A DNA stretch of 61,915 nucleotides, counting the filler. It is 13 parts of 13 records of this genome, joined end to end, with 100 filler letters (N's around TTAATTAATTAA, not from the genome) between each part and the next. Parts side by side here need not be neighbours in the genome. Positions count along the whole stretch, not along the records: positions 22,631 to 25,804 come from SRR7504441_19127; positions 25,905 to 29,679 come from SRR7504441_19167; positions 29,780 to 36,874 come from SRR7504441_19168; 10 more parts are not named here. One strand, given 5' to 3'. Each line of letters opens with the position of its first letter. Positions within the stretch are counted from its first letter, which is position 1. Shown one piece after another: positions 23,956-35,013 of the stretch. Made by a program: the position numbers and the translations under genes. The notes below the pieces were generated by a model. It was not told where the DNA came from, ran no database searches, and worked only from the letters and a program-made list of their open reading frames with translations.

Positions 23956-25590
23956 TTACTGTCGTGGGGTCATGCGTGGTGTACGAGCCCGTGGGGTGCC
24001 ACTGCTGCCGCGTGGGGACTCACGGGGGCTAGGGTTAGTCAAGAATATGCTTTCTCTGGAGATCCTTACACGTGTTTTGTCAACAGCTTCATGCACGAGA
24101 GCAGCCATTTCTGCGGTTGTCATCACTGGATTAAATCGCGGCCGCTCAAAGATCTGACGGGACTCACCGACGCAGTCTGTAACGTAACGTTTGAGCTGGA
24201 CATCACTGCCCACCGTCCCAGCACACAACGACGCAGCACATGCAAGCGGAGCACTCTCCTTCGCAGTTTTGGCTGCATTGCATCGGAGCATAAACCAAGC
24301 ATAGATATCTTCAAGGTATTTGCGCTTTTTCTGCTTCATATGTGCAAGCAGGGTCTGTCTCATTGAGAGTGTGTCAGCCTTCTCGGTAACCGGCCTCACC
24401 TTGTGCTCAGCCAATTCATCGTTAATTTTTCTTGCATACCTTCTCATCGCATCTCTGCGACGATAGCTCATACGCTGCCCCTTTCGGGCACGAGCAGCTT
24501 GCTCTACCATCACATCTTGAACGCGGATAAACAGCCGCTCACACAGTTTCAATCGAGAGGTCCACATCAGTGAGAAAGATCGGAATCTTCTTTGCACCAA
24601 GATCACAAGATGGCGATACCTTCTTACTGCATATACAGATGTTTTCATGCTCTTCACTTTACCCAGGAACCGAAGAATGACCGACGCACGCCTTCGATTC
24701 CATTTCAGTCTCAACCTTCGAACCCAATTGACCAGCACCCTCACAAGTATCCTTCTGGCCTTCGCTCGCCTTTTCACCAACCACTCAAGAGCACAGAGAC
24801 GCCATCTCTTCTGTAAGCACACAACAGCAGCAGTCTGCCTGAGCGTGAGAAGCCTGCTCTTGCGGGCTGCCACCAGTTGTTGACCCCAGCTTGCGAGCCT
24901 TGATGCATTTGTCACCTGCATGAGCCAAACGCCTTTCAGTGAAAGTAGCTCAAGCTGCTTCCGTCGAGCCTGCTGCGCCACCAGCCTGGATTCAACTGAT
25001 CGGCGCTTATCATCCATGAAGGTTTGAGTTTGTAAAGCCTTCTCAGCTCGTGCGTTGCGGAGCCGAATCTCATGTTCTCGTGCGCGCGCCTCAATCATTG
25101 ATCGCTTTTCTTCAGACCTGGTCCAGGCGTTCAGCTTGTTGATCCCCGAAAAGTCCTTGACATCGGCTGATATCACATGGCGATCGGAGAGCAGCGCTTT
25201 GAGCTTACGCTTTACAGGTGAAATGCGCTCATCGTGGGTTGCGGCCACAGCCTGGACCTTGGCCAGCAGGGACTCGGGGAAAGACATCCGGCGCCCCCGA
25301 GGTTTGGCCTGCCTGCGCTTGCTGCTGCGGTTGACCAGGTCAGTTCGTGAGGCGAGGGCAGGCCGCGAGGTGTTGGGTGCCTTGGGCTGTTCTCGGAGAG
25401 TGCTCTCGGGCGGGCGTGCAACAAGTGGCACGCTGTGCCTGCGGGGTCGGACGGCTCCATCGGTGGGGGCCTGGGCGGCCGGAGCGAGCGGCGGCAGTCT
25501 AAAGGTGGAGCCGGCCTTGCTTCGGCGGAACTCGGCGGCCGCAGATCGCGGACGAGCTGGCTGTGGTTTGGCCGGATGCGCGAAGTCCAT
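23956..25590 (-). CDS. basic hypothetical protein with IQ-like motifs
   Basis: 544-aa ORF with AAVVCLQKRWR and VILVQRRFRSF. Confidence 0.55.
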   Translation of the reverse strand: MDFAHPAKPQPARPRSAAAEFRRSKAGSTFRLPPLAPAAQAPTDGAVRPRRHSVPLVARPPESTLREQPKAPNTSRPALASRTDLVNRSSKRRQAKPRGRRMSFPESLLAKVQAVAATHDERISPVKRKLKALLSDRHVISADVKDFSGINKLNAWTRSEEKRSMIEARAREHEIRLRNARAEKALQTQTFMDDKRRSVESRLVAQQARRKQLELLSLKGVWLMQVTNASRLASWGQQLVAARKSRLLTLRQTAAVVCLQKRWRLCALEWLVKRRAKARRILVRVLVNWVRRLRLKWNRRRASVILRFLGKVKSMKTSVYAVRRYRHLVILVQRRFRSFSLMWTSRLKLCERLFIRVQDVMVEQAARARKGQRMSYRRRDAMRRYARKINDELAEHKVRPVTEKADTLSMRQTLLAHMKQKKRKYLEDIYAWFMLRCNAAKTAKESAPLACAASLCAGTVGSDVQLKRYVTDCVGESRQIFERPRFNPVMTTAEMAALVHEAVDKTRVRISRESIFLTNPSPRESPRGSSGTPRARTPRMTPRQ

Positions 25591-25904
25591 TCTTGCTGTG
25601 TAGGTCTCGTGCTCGGCCTACACACCCGCTCGACCGCAGACCGGGTTGGTCATTTGTATTCGTATGAGTCACGGCCGTTTGGTAACTCAACGGAAGTCAT
25701 TATCTTGTACATACCAAGACCCTCTCAGCTGCGCTCACGAGGGTCTTGGTGTCACCGTCAGATAAATATCTTGGGAGGTCTGCAATGGCGCGTCTGGAGC
25801 GGCTNNNNNNNNNNNNNNNNNNNNNNNNNNNNNNNNNNNNNNNNNNNNTTAATTAATTAANNNNNNNNNNNNNNNNNNNNNNNNNNNNNNNNNNNNNNNN
25901 NNNN

Positions 25905-27673
25905 GGGTTCGACAATCCAACTGTCTGGCCAGGCGTCGGCTGTTCAATTGAGCTGGCAAGCGCCGGGGCTGGTTGTTTCGGAATCGCTGCACTTGGTTGG
26001 CTGGGTGGGTCCAGTGGCGGTGGGCTGGGATTGGGGCTCGGCAGCTGGCTCCACGGACCGTCGATCATGTACTGTTGATAGCCACACCGGAGCGCTTCCT
26101 CCGCATCCAGTCTGTCCAGCACGGCCTGGGTCTTGCTAAAGCTTAGTGCCGGGTGTGTGCGCTGCTCACTTGGCTCATTTGGCTGCCGGCTCCTCTGGTT
26201 CCATCCGACTGGACTGCCCATCCCGCCAAACCACGGGGCCAGCAGCCGAGTGTGCGAAGCTGCACCGCTGGCCTGTGCCACCGACTCCCCGGCCTGCTCT
26301 ATGGCCGACTTCTCGAGCCCCGGCCTAATCGAGTCGAGCCCAGCGCCGCTCAGCTGGTCTGGCTCTGCTCGGTCAGCTGGCTGAGTTGGCTGTACGTGCT
26401 GGAAGTGATACGCAGTTCGGGTGCCAGCACTCGCCTCACGGCCAGGCTCTTCAGGCTCAGTCGGTTGGGTTGGCTCAGTCTGGTGGTTGCTCTGCTGATC
26501 AACATTCATGTTGAGCTCCCGCATCTGCTGCGCCACGTCTTGCTGGATCCGCTCCAGCTCCGCCAGGGAAGCCGGCTCAGTTGGGTGCTCGGCTGCTGGC
26601 TGCTCCGGCTTGTTACAGGACTGTATCACTGTATGGCCTGCTGCTTGGGTGCTCGGCTGCTTGGCCTGCGGTGATGCCGGGTGTGGATTGTCGGGTTCAA
26701 CCTTCATCTCAGCCTCGAGTAGCATCTTATGCAGCCTCAGCGACTCCCTCGCCTGGACCACCCCGCGCTCATCCACGGCCCTCCCCTGCGACACTGCCAC
26801 GGGCACGTCACCACCCGAGCGGTGGATGCTTCGCCTGCTCTCTGCTGCAGCCGTAACCCCTGAAAAAGTACCCAGGGCAGCCGCTGCTGGCACTGCCGAA
26901 GGTTTAGTATTGGCCGCGGTTGCCGCCTTCGGCGCTACTGTTTCAGACTGGTGGACAGCTGCTGTGGGCGCGTCTACTCTCTTATTCGACCGCACCGGCA
27001 CCGCCTCCTCAGCTGCCGCCACCTGCACCGATCCACCCCCCTCCCCGCCTGGCCGAACCCCCGCAGCCGCCATCTTCCGGCTTCGCTCCTCGTGCCGCTT
27101 TCGTTGCGCTGCATCCCAGTGGCCCAGCAGCTTGGCCAGAAAGGAGACATTCTCCCAGGGCCACCGCCCGGCGGCGCCACGGGAGGGCGGCTGCCGCAGC
27201 ATTGCCTCCAAGCACTTCCGCACTGCCTCGGCGAATTCGTACGGCCGCATCGCCGACCTGTTCTTGTCCTGCCGGCCGCTGCTCGAGATGAAAATCGCCT
27301 TGAGCGCGCTGGTGGAGAGCCGGAGGAGCAACCCGTAGTCGGCTGCGAACTGAAAGAACTCCTGAAGATTCATCCAGCGTGCCGCCTTGCCGATGGCGTC
27401 GAAGCTGGCGCCGGGCCGGAGCAGGGCCGCTCGGGCGTACCTTCGGAAGATGGCCTGCAGGGTGCGAGGACCGTTGCTCGCCAGGCTGAGCGGCTGGGCC
27501 GAGGCGCGCAAATCGGACGGCCAGTCGGTGTGCGGCCTGCCACCCCGCATGCGCCCAAGGTGCATCTTCTCAGCCGACGAGACGCGCCGGTTGGCCAGAG
27601 CCATCGTGAGAGGGGCGGCCTCGCGCGGCGCTAGAGATGCATACCACCTCTCATCACCTTGCTGTCCATGCAA
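25905..27673 (-). CDS. hypothetical protein, N-terminal EF-hand/p25-alpha-like region, 3'-partial
   Basis: LQAIFRRYA..MNLQEFFQFAADYGL..EFAEAV followed by a low-complexity tail; start uncertain. Confidence 0.5.
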
Positions 27674-27691
27674 GCAAATATTCTGAAAAAA

Positions 27692-29215
27692 ATGAAGCCG
27701 CAGGCACTGCTACTGCTCTGTGGGCTGGCGGCGGGGGCGTACCGCGCGTACGACGAGTTGCACTTTCCTCAGAAGGTCGACCACTTTGACCCGAGCTGCT
27801 CCGCCCGCTGGCCCCACCGGTACCTCCTGAGCAACGCCAGCTGGGACGGCCGAGGCGCGCTCCCGAACGGCTGCCGCGGGCCAATTCTGCTGTACACAGG
27901 TTCAGAACCCCGCAGGCTAATTCTAATGCCCACTGTGTACAGGAAACGAGGGCCCTATCACCGGGTTCTGGGAGAGCAACGGGTTCATGATCGACCGGCT
28001 GGCCCCGGCGTGGGGCGGGCTGCTCCTATTCCCGGAGCAGCGGTACTACGGCACTAGCCTCCCGTTCGGGGCAGAGTCATTCTCGGCCGGCAATATCAAA
28101 TTCCTGAGTACCAGCCAGGTGCTGGAAGACTACGCAGCGCTGGTGTCCCATCTGAAGCGGTCGCTCCCGGGCGCAAGCAACTGCCCTGTGGTGGCGTTCG
28201 GAGGCTCTTACGGCGGGACCCTGGCGGCGCTGCTGAGGGCATCGCACCCGGAGACTGTGGTCGGCAGCCTGGCGGCCTCGTCTGAGCTTGGATACTATGA
28301 TCTAGCCGGCTGGGCTGAGCACGATGTCACGGAATTCAGCTTTGAAGAGATTGTGCTCCGAGACTACCAGCTTGCTGACAGCTCCTGCCCGACAGCGCTG
28401 CAGGCAGTCATCAGTGCCCTGGACAAGCTCCCTGCGCAAGAAGTCGCCCAGGGGCTCCATCTGTGCTCCTCAGCTGCACTCAAGCCTCGGCAGTCCTCGA
28501 TGTTTGTGTATGCCCTCGAAGGGCTGCCTCAGATGGACTACCCGTATCAGATCGGTGCAATGCCAGCATCGCCGGTCAAGCGCGTGTGCGAGATTGCACT
28601 GAGCCGCCCAGTGGCAAGTTCTGGGCATGCGCTTCAGGCCGCTGCAGCTGTGACAGATATGTTTTTTGGATACGATGGGCGCCACTGTGTCGAGTCGCCG
28701 GGGGTCGGCGGGCTAGGCAACACGCCCGGTGACGGGCCTGGGCCCGACTCGTGGGGCTACCAGTCTTGTACTGAGACACTGCACAGCTTCTCAGCTCGTG
28801 GGTTCCGATCATACAATTTCAGCTTTGAAGGCTCAGTTGCACTGTGTGCTCAGCTATTCAACCACACTGTTAAGCCTGAAACAGATAAACTGGCGGTTGA
28901 GTTCGGAGGCTATGGGCTAGCTGAGGGCACTGCTGGTGTGCGCAATCTGATCTGGTCGCACGGCACGCTGGACCCTTGGCACGGCTGGTTCCGCAATATC
29001 AAACCGCCACGGGCTGGCGTGCACCACTTCCTGATGGAGGGAGCAGCTCACCACCTCGATTTAAGAGCGCCCAACAAGGCCGACCCTCCTGCGGTGACGA
29101 TGGCTAGGTTGGGTCTGGCTGCGGCTCATGCGCGGCATGGCAGGTGACAGCCGCTCGAGCCGAGTATGAGCAAATTATTTGGGGCTGGATCTTGGAGGCG
29201 AGCTTGCCTAATTGA
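27692..29215 (+). CDS. secreted S28 serine carboxypeptidase (PRCP/DPP7-like), 2 introns
   Basis: Signal peptide, QKVDHF, YTGNEG restored by intron 27900-27942, EQRYYG, GGSYGG nucleophile, GTLDPW, AHHLDLR. Confidence 0.93.
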
Positions 29216-29804
29216 TTCAACTGCGGCTGCATGCATTGATGAATTACGGATGAAGCTCTACAACATGATTGTATAACGTACGAGTTAATTAATTAAGACG
29301 TAGTATTGAAGTCCAAGTTGATACACTAAGTTTACACGCGAAAACCCGTTTAGTAGTTACCGCGTGCTAAGCAGGGAGTCCCTAATCGGAATCCGATCCC
29401 CACCCACTGCTATGAGGCTTTAGTTTGCCATACCGTACCCAATACTTGATATTCTTGGTCAATTCTGTCCTGCAATATCGTGTGCTGTCCATACTGTGGT
29501 AAGCGGCTCTGTCCGCATTATACCCGAATCGGTTCTTGTAGCTGGTACTGGATCCAGCTAGCAGTAGCGGAATCCTTGCAGATCAATATCGCTAGGCTCG
29601 GCATTTGGACCATCCTCCTCCTCGTTTTCAGGAGCAGCGCCCAGGCTCATCTCTTTGGAAATGAAGATGGCAACCGGCGNNNNNNNNNNNNNNNNNNNNN
29701 NNNNNNNNNNNNNNNNNNNNNNNTTAATTAATTAANNNNNNNNNNNNNNNNNNNNNNNNNNNNNNNNNNNNNNNNNNNNCAGGCTCGGTGTCAAGAGATC
29801 TGAG

Positions 29805-30713
29805 ATGCCGAAACAAAAGGAGCCGCTGGTGAAGCAGGAGCTTAGGCGGGCGGTGAGCATCATCCCGAGCCGGCTGTCGTGGGCGAGCCTCACTGCTACA
29901 CCGTCAGAGGTGACGTGTCCCAGCTGGCGGCCGCCCAACGCTCGGTAGGACCTCTACAAGGAGTACCACTTCTTCAGCTTCGACCCGGGCTACAAGCCAA
30001 AGGACCGCGACTTTGGCCCACCGCACATCGGAGCGCTGCTCCAGTTCTGTCAAACAGTGCAGGAGCTGCTGACTCGGCTGCCAGACAAGCACCTGATCTA
30101 CCATGCGCCACACGATCAAGTAAAGCGCACGGTGTGCCGGCTGCTGCTGCGGTTGGCGACGTTGTGCAGGTCGCGGCTTGTCTGATCGGGGTTTACTGCG
30201 TGCTGCACCAGAGCTGGGGGCCAATGGAAGTCAACCGACTGATCATTTGCGAGCCTCCCGGAACCATACCATTCAGCGACCCGGATACGTGATCTTCGCG
30301 ATACAGTAAATTTTCCAAGCTCAGGCCTGGCGCTTGGTACACCACAAGGGGACACTCTGATGCTGGACATGTACGAGCGGTCACAGTCTGCAAGTCCAAT
30401 TCATGGAGGCTCACTGCCTGGGAGCCCACTTGCTCATAGTGGGGCTGGCTCTGCAAGCCCCGGAAATGAGTCTAGCGAGCCTCTGGAGTCATACAACACC
30501 AAATATTACGACTATCGATCCACAACTGCGGCCAGGCCAGCTAGCAAAAACCCACCTACTTCAACCATCACATCCGGTGTTTCAGCCAATGGCACTGGGA
30601 CAATCCGGAGTGTAAGCTCTCGAGCAGCACAAACTGGAATGAGGCGAACCTACCACGCCTCCTCCATGGTCGGTTGGGGCGAAAGGGGACAGCGCTACGG
30701 AAAGATTGACTGA
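29805..30713 (+). CDS. CDC14 N-terminal (DSPn) domain protein, no catalytic domain seen
   Basis: Spliced: YKPKDRDFGPPHIGALLQFC, LIYH, KRTVAACLIGVYCV, IPFSD. 3' exon structure uncertain; the frame is open to the contig edge upstream. Confidence 0.65.
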
Positions 30714-30842
30714 ACTGCTCCCATTATATACTACAAGTAATAATTATAAGCTTACTAACAATGCACAAGTAGTTGTATTGGTCCAGTACAGATAATCTAG
30801 ATCACACGTACTCGTACCTAATGACTTGTACAAGTTGTAATT

Positions 30843-30875
30843 GGTTTGAACTAGGTTTGAACTAGGTTTGAACTA
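30843..30875. repeat. 11-bp tandem repeat GGTTTGAACTA x3 overlapping the PPEF stop codon
   Basis: Exact copies at 30843, 30854 and 30865. Confidence 0.9.
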
Positions 30876-32712
30876 TTCGAAAGCACTCACACCACTCGTT
30901 GAGGCTTATGGTACCATTTCCGTCGAAATCCATCATATCAAATAGAGCGTCCGGGTCTTCAAGCTTTGGTCGTTCTCGGCTCGGATCCGCTTTCTCCAGC
31001 AACTCGAGTGCCAGCGCAAACTCCTCACGATCCACGCTGCCGGATCCATCCTTGTCCACAAACCGGAACACGGCAGTCAACGTTTCGTGGTTGCGGTACA
31101 GCGCCTCGAGCGACGTGCGTTGGGCCGAGGGCGCTAGCTCGTTGCCCATCTGTAACTTGTATTGGTTGAGCCACGCTTCATACTCCACCCCACCCGGACT
31201 GAGCCACTCACCCACCAGACTGGAGCACATTCCGGCCCAATCCACCTGGTCGCCCAACTGCTGGCCCATCGCCCGGCTCCAGTCGGCCTGGGACACATGT
31301 ACCCGGTCGGACGATGCCTGGCTCAGCCTATCGAGCAGCTGGTCGCGCTGGCTGAAGATGAGCTGGTTCAAGCTGTGTGTGTTGATCACCCGCAGCGCCT
31401 CCTCGTCCTCCACCTCGCCCGTCTCCAGCCGCATCACCTCGACCGGAGCCGGACCCACCTTCCCGCAGGAGGCCGCGTGCAGCCGGAGCACTGCCGCTGC
31501 AAAGGCTCACCGGGGATGGGCCCAAAGCCGGGCACCGCGGTTCATACCCTGGTTGTTAGGGTAGTTGGACGCAGAGAAGACTGTGTACATATCCACCCCC
31601 GGCTTGCACTGGTGCCGCTCCACCCCAGCCGGTACACACTGATGCGACCTGCCGGCCAGCTCATCCAGCCCAGGCCCGCTGCCCGCCTGATCAGCGTAGG
31701 CACTCCGACCACCTCGAGCCAATCAGCCACCAGGTCATATCCATAAAAGCAGCCGGCGCCCCGACTCTCGTTCGGGCGGGAGCCTCGCTGATCGGGGTCC
31801 GGGTCTGACCAGAGGAGCTGTTGGACTGGGCTGTCGGGCACTAGAGTGGAGCTGAGCTGGCTGGGCTGCAGCTGATCGAGCGTGTGCCAGACGGCTGGGT
31901 CAGGGCCTACCCCTCCGTGCACTACGAGCGCCCTGCCCTCGACCAGCGTGCACAGCGGCAGTCGATTGAACACCCGGTTTATCCTGTCCAGGATAGTCCT
32001 GCCCTGTCCCGGGTACTTGTTCAGCACCTCCGCCTCGAAATTAAACACCCGCTGCCCTGCCTGTGAGCCACTGCCAGTCAGCGGCAGGGACCGTGATTGC
32101 GGCATCCTCGTGGTTCCCTCGATTGATGTGTACCCACTCCGGCCAGACCAGTTTGAGGCAGAGCACCGTGAACAGCGTCTCGAGCCCGGACGTGCCTCGG
32201 TCTACCAGATCTCCGTTGAAGATGAACAGGTTGCGCTCGGACGGCAGCCCGCACTGTGTGAACACTTGGACAAGGTCGGCGTACTGACCATGCAAGTCCC
32301 CCACCACCGTCACGCACCCGCGGCCCACTGGGGCCGGCAGCCGGGTGATCGGTCGGGTGTTGGCCAGCCAGCTGGCCTCCACCTGGTCGAGCACCTGATG
32401 TACCGCCCTCGGGTGCAACCACCGCCGCTGCTCGAGCCCGCGTACCATGGACACCAGCCCCACCTCGTCGAGCAGCTCCGGCAGCCGGACCGCGTCGGCA
32501 GGGGCGTCGGCTACAACCAGCTCGACGGTCTGGTCACTGGGCTGGGCCGGTTGGTGCGGGGCCAGCTGCGAGAGCCCGTCGAGCAGCCTGGCCAGCGCGA
32601 CCTTGGCGGCCTCGGCCTGCAGATCGAGCGAGTTCATGATCTGCCACTCCCGCCCGCCCGAGCACCACCGCCGCACCCCGCGCCCCGACGCCGCCCGCAC
32701 CAGCCGGTACAT
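30862..32712 (-). CDS. PPEF: PPEF/rdgC-type Ser/Thr phosphatase with EF-hands, 3 introns
   Basis: WQIMNSLD, GDLHG, GDLVDRG, GNHE, HGG, LLWSDP, RSHQ, FSASNY; C-terminal EF-hands DKDGSGSVDREEF and DFDGNGTISLNEW. Confidence 0.9.
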
Positions 32713-32776
32713 GCCAGAACACGTCTCCTCCCGTCCGTCCGATCCCGGCCCGGCGGAAGACTCCCGGCGGCGCGAG

Positions 32777-34570
32777 ATGCTCGGGACGCCGGCGTGGCCC
32801 GAGTACTACGCAGCGGCTCCCCATCGGCCCGGCGGCCGTCCGGTGTTTGTGCTGGTGGCCGGGGAGTCTGCCCAGCTGGTCCGGCGGATCTTCTCCGGCG
32901 AGGCGGCCGCGCTCTCCCCGACCGGCGGGCACTGCTCGATCACCCACCTCGGATGGGCCTATGCCCAGCTCCGGCGGCGGTTCGCCCGGGATCAGATCGT
33001 GGTGGTGGCCCAGCTGGCCGAGCTGCGGGCAGTGCTCCGGGTCGGGGCGGCCACGGGGCGGCCACAGCTGGCCGGGCAGTGCCCACTGATGAGTCGAGTG
33101 ATCCACAGTACCTGCCTGGCCGGGCTGGAGCAGGCCTGCCAGCTGCTCATCGATGAGGGCGGACCAGACTTCGACGGGGAGCGTGTCCGGCCCGACACTC
33201 TTGAAGCCGTGCTCACTGGGCACCCGGCGGTGGCCCAGGCGAGCAGCCTGACCGTGGCGCTCTACTCGCACGGCGACTCGTCTCCGACCCAAATCGGCTT
33301 CTTCAAAGGTGCCAGGCCGGTGGCGAGTGCCTGCAGCCGTGGGCAGACTGCGACGCGACTCGCCAGTGGTTTGCCTATCTCCCGTATGGCGGAGTGCTCA
33401 CCGCAGACCGGCTGAGTTCTATGCTCACGCGCTTCTTCACCGACCGGCCTGACTGCCCGGTGGTGCTACTGCTCAAGTGCCCGCCCGCCGGTGCCTGGCT
33501 CAGTTGATGGGCAGCTGCTGCCGCTCGGGCGGTTTCCTGCCTGCGCTACAGGCGCTCGACCCTGTTTGGCCATTGGTCCGCTAGCCCGCCAATCTGATTG
33601 GCTCATCCGGTGGCAGTTTGCGATGTGCTCATCCCAACCGGATGTGGACTCGCTGGTGGGCGGGCTCTGGAGCGCCTGGTTCGAGGAGTTGCTCGTCCAG
33701 CTCAACCGGCCGGGCTGTTCGCTGCTTGAGCTCTGGCAGCTGGTCTGCTGCCCGCCCCCACCTGGCTGACCGAGCGCAGGCGGTCAAGAGGTTCCACTAC
33801 AGCAACGCCTATGAGTTGGCCGACGGGTTGATCGCCAGCACCATTGTCCGGCCCGGTCCAGCCGGCTGCCGAGTCGGTGCAGGTCCCCGAGAGACTCAAG
33901 CTCAAGCGGTCGCTCGCTGTCCGCCGAGCCCTCACCCGGGCTGACGGGATCGACGAGCCGGCGCTGGCGAGGCTGACTGAGGAGCTCCGCCCGATCCGGC
34001 CAGTCCGGTGCGTCCAATGCGCTGAGCCTGGGGTGGTGGGCCGGGAGGATTGTCATTGGCTCTGCTCGCGCTGCCATAGGGTGTGCTTGGGCTAGGGCCT
34101 GGCGTGAGTGAGTGGTCAGGAATGGTCGGCGCACGAAGTTAGGCCAGAGCTGCCTCGCCCGGTGATCGAGGCGGTCGACTTTGTGGAGGTGCCAGCCAGT
34201 GCGAGTGGGCAATGAACGGTCCGCGCAGGAGACCAGAAAGGCGGGCGAACGGGTGGCTCGACCGTGCTGCCACCACACTCCAGCAGCAGCGGCCGCTCTG
34301 GTGTCGCATGTATGGCACAGCGCCAGCTCGGAGCCTGGCGCTGATGCAAGCTGCTGGCGGTGTTGTATATGTGGCTGCGACACGCCTGGCGACCAGCCAA
34401 ACTGCTCGGGCTGCTGCGCACCTAGGGCTATGGACTTTGATAGATTCGACTTGGGGTCCGAGGCTGGGCTGGTCGAGTACCTAGAAGAGATGTTCAACGT
34501 ACGAAAGAGCCAGCGCCAGGCTGAGTGTGCCGATTGCTCAGGCGCTGTGGACCATGGGGATGCTAAATGA
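32777..34570 (+). CDS. legumain-like (clan CD, C13-like) cysteine peptidase with C-terminal zinc fingers, 7 introns, ~507 aa
   Basis: Introns 33309-33346, 33477-33514, 33576-33616, 33743-33779, 33846-33882, 34081-34119 and 34189-34228 give a continuous ORF. Motifs: VFVLVAG, WAYAQL..DQIVVV, DFDGERVRP..VLTG, LYSHG, LLLNCCRSGG, FAMCSSQPDVDS, and WRCCIC-x10-CSGC. Alternative start at 32711. Confidence 0.7.
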
Positions 34571-35013
34571 GAAGTTTATGTTCGCAAAAGACAGCTCCGG
34601 GCAAGCCACGACGACCAAAAGATCGAGAGCAGTCGCAATGTCAGAATATATTAGTGCTAAGCTACAAGAAAACGGGTACTAAGTCGAATTGGGTATTTTG
34701 TAGTTGCGTAGGTACCAATATAATCTCGGAGGGACCTCGTTCATCTTACGAGTTATAGTTACTCTACCAGACCACTTATTGAAAAACTACCTAGGGTTAT
34801 ACATCCATATGTACCACATATTGCGAGTCGCAGAATCGCCGGCTGCACTGTCAACGTCATGGGGCCCGGGCGGCAGCCGCACCGACAGGCGGCCAGTTCG
34901 AGCTCGCGCAGTTCTGTTGCAGTTCGCTCGAGTCGTCGAGAAAAAATGCGGTCAACTCTCAATCACAAAATGCGCTTCAATGGTGAGGCGTTTCTAGGGT
35001 GAGCGTTGTGGAA

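Noticed and set aside
6919-32713. Divergent genes sharing one CATG start (6919-6922 and 32710-32713)
   Set aside because: CATG is palindromic and upstream frames stay open easily in GC-rich DNA. Downstream ATGs (7013, 32777) fit the homology better and leave promoter space.
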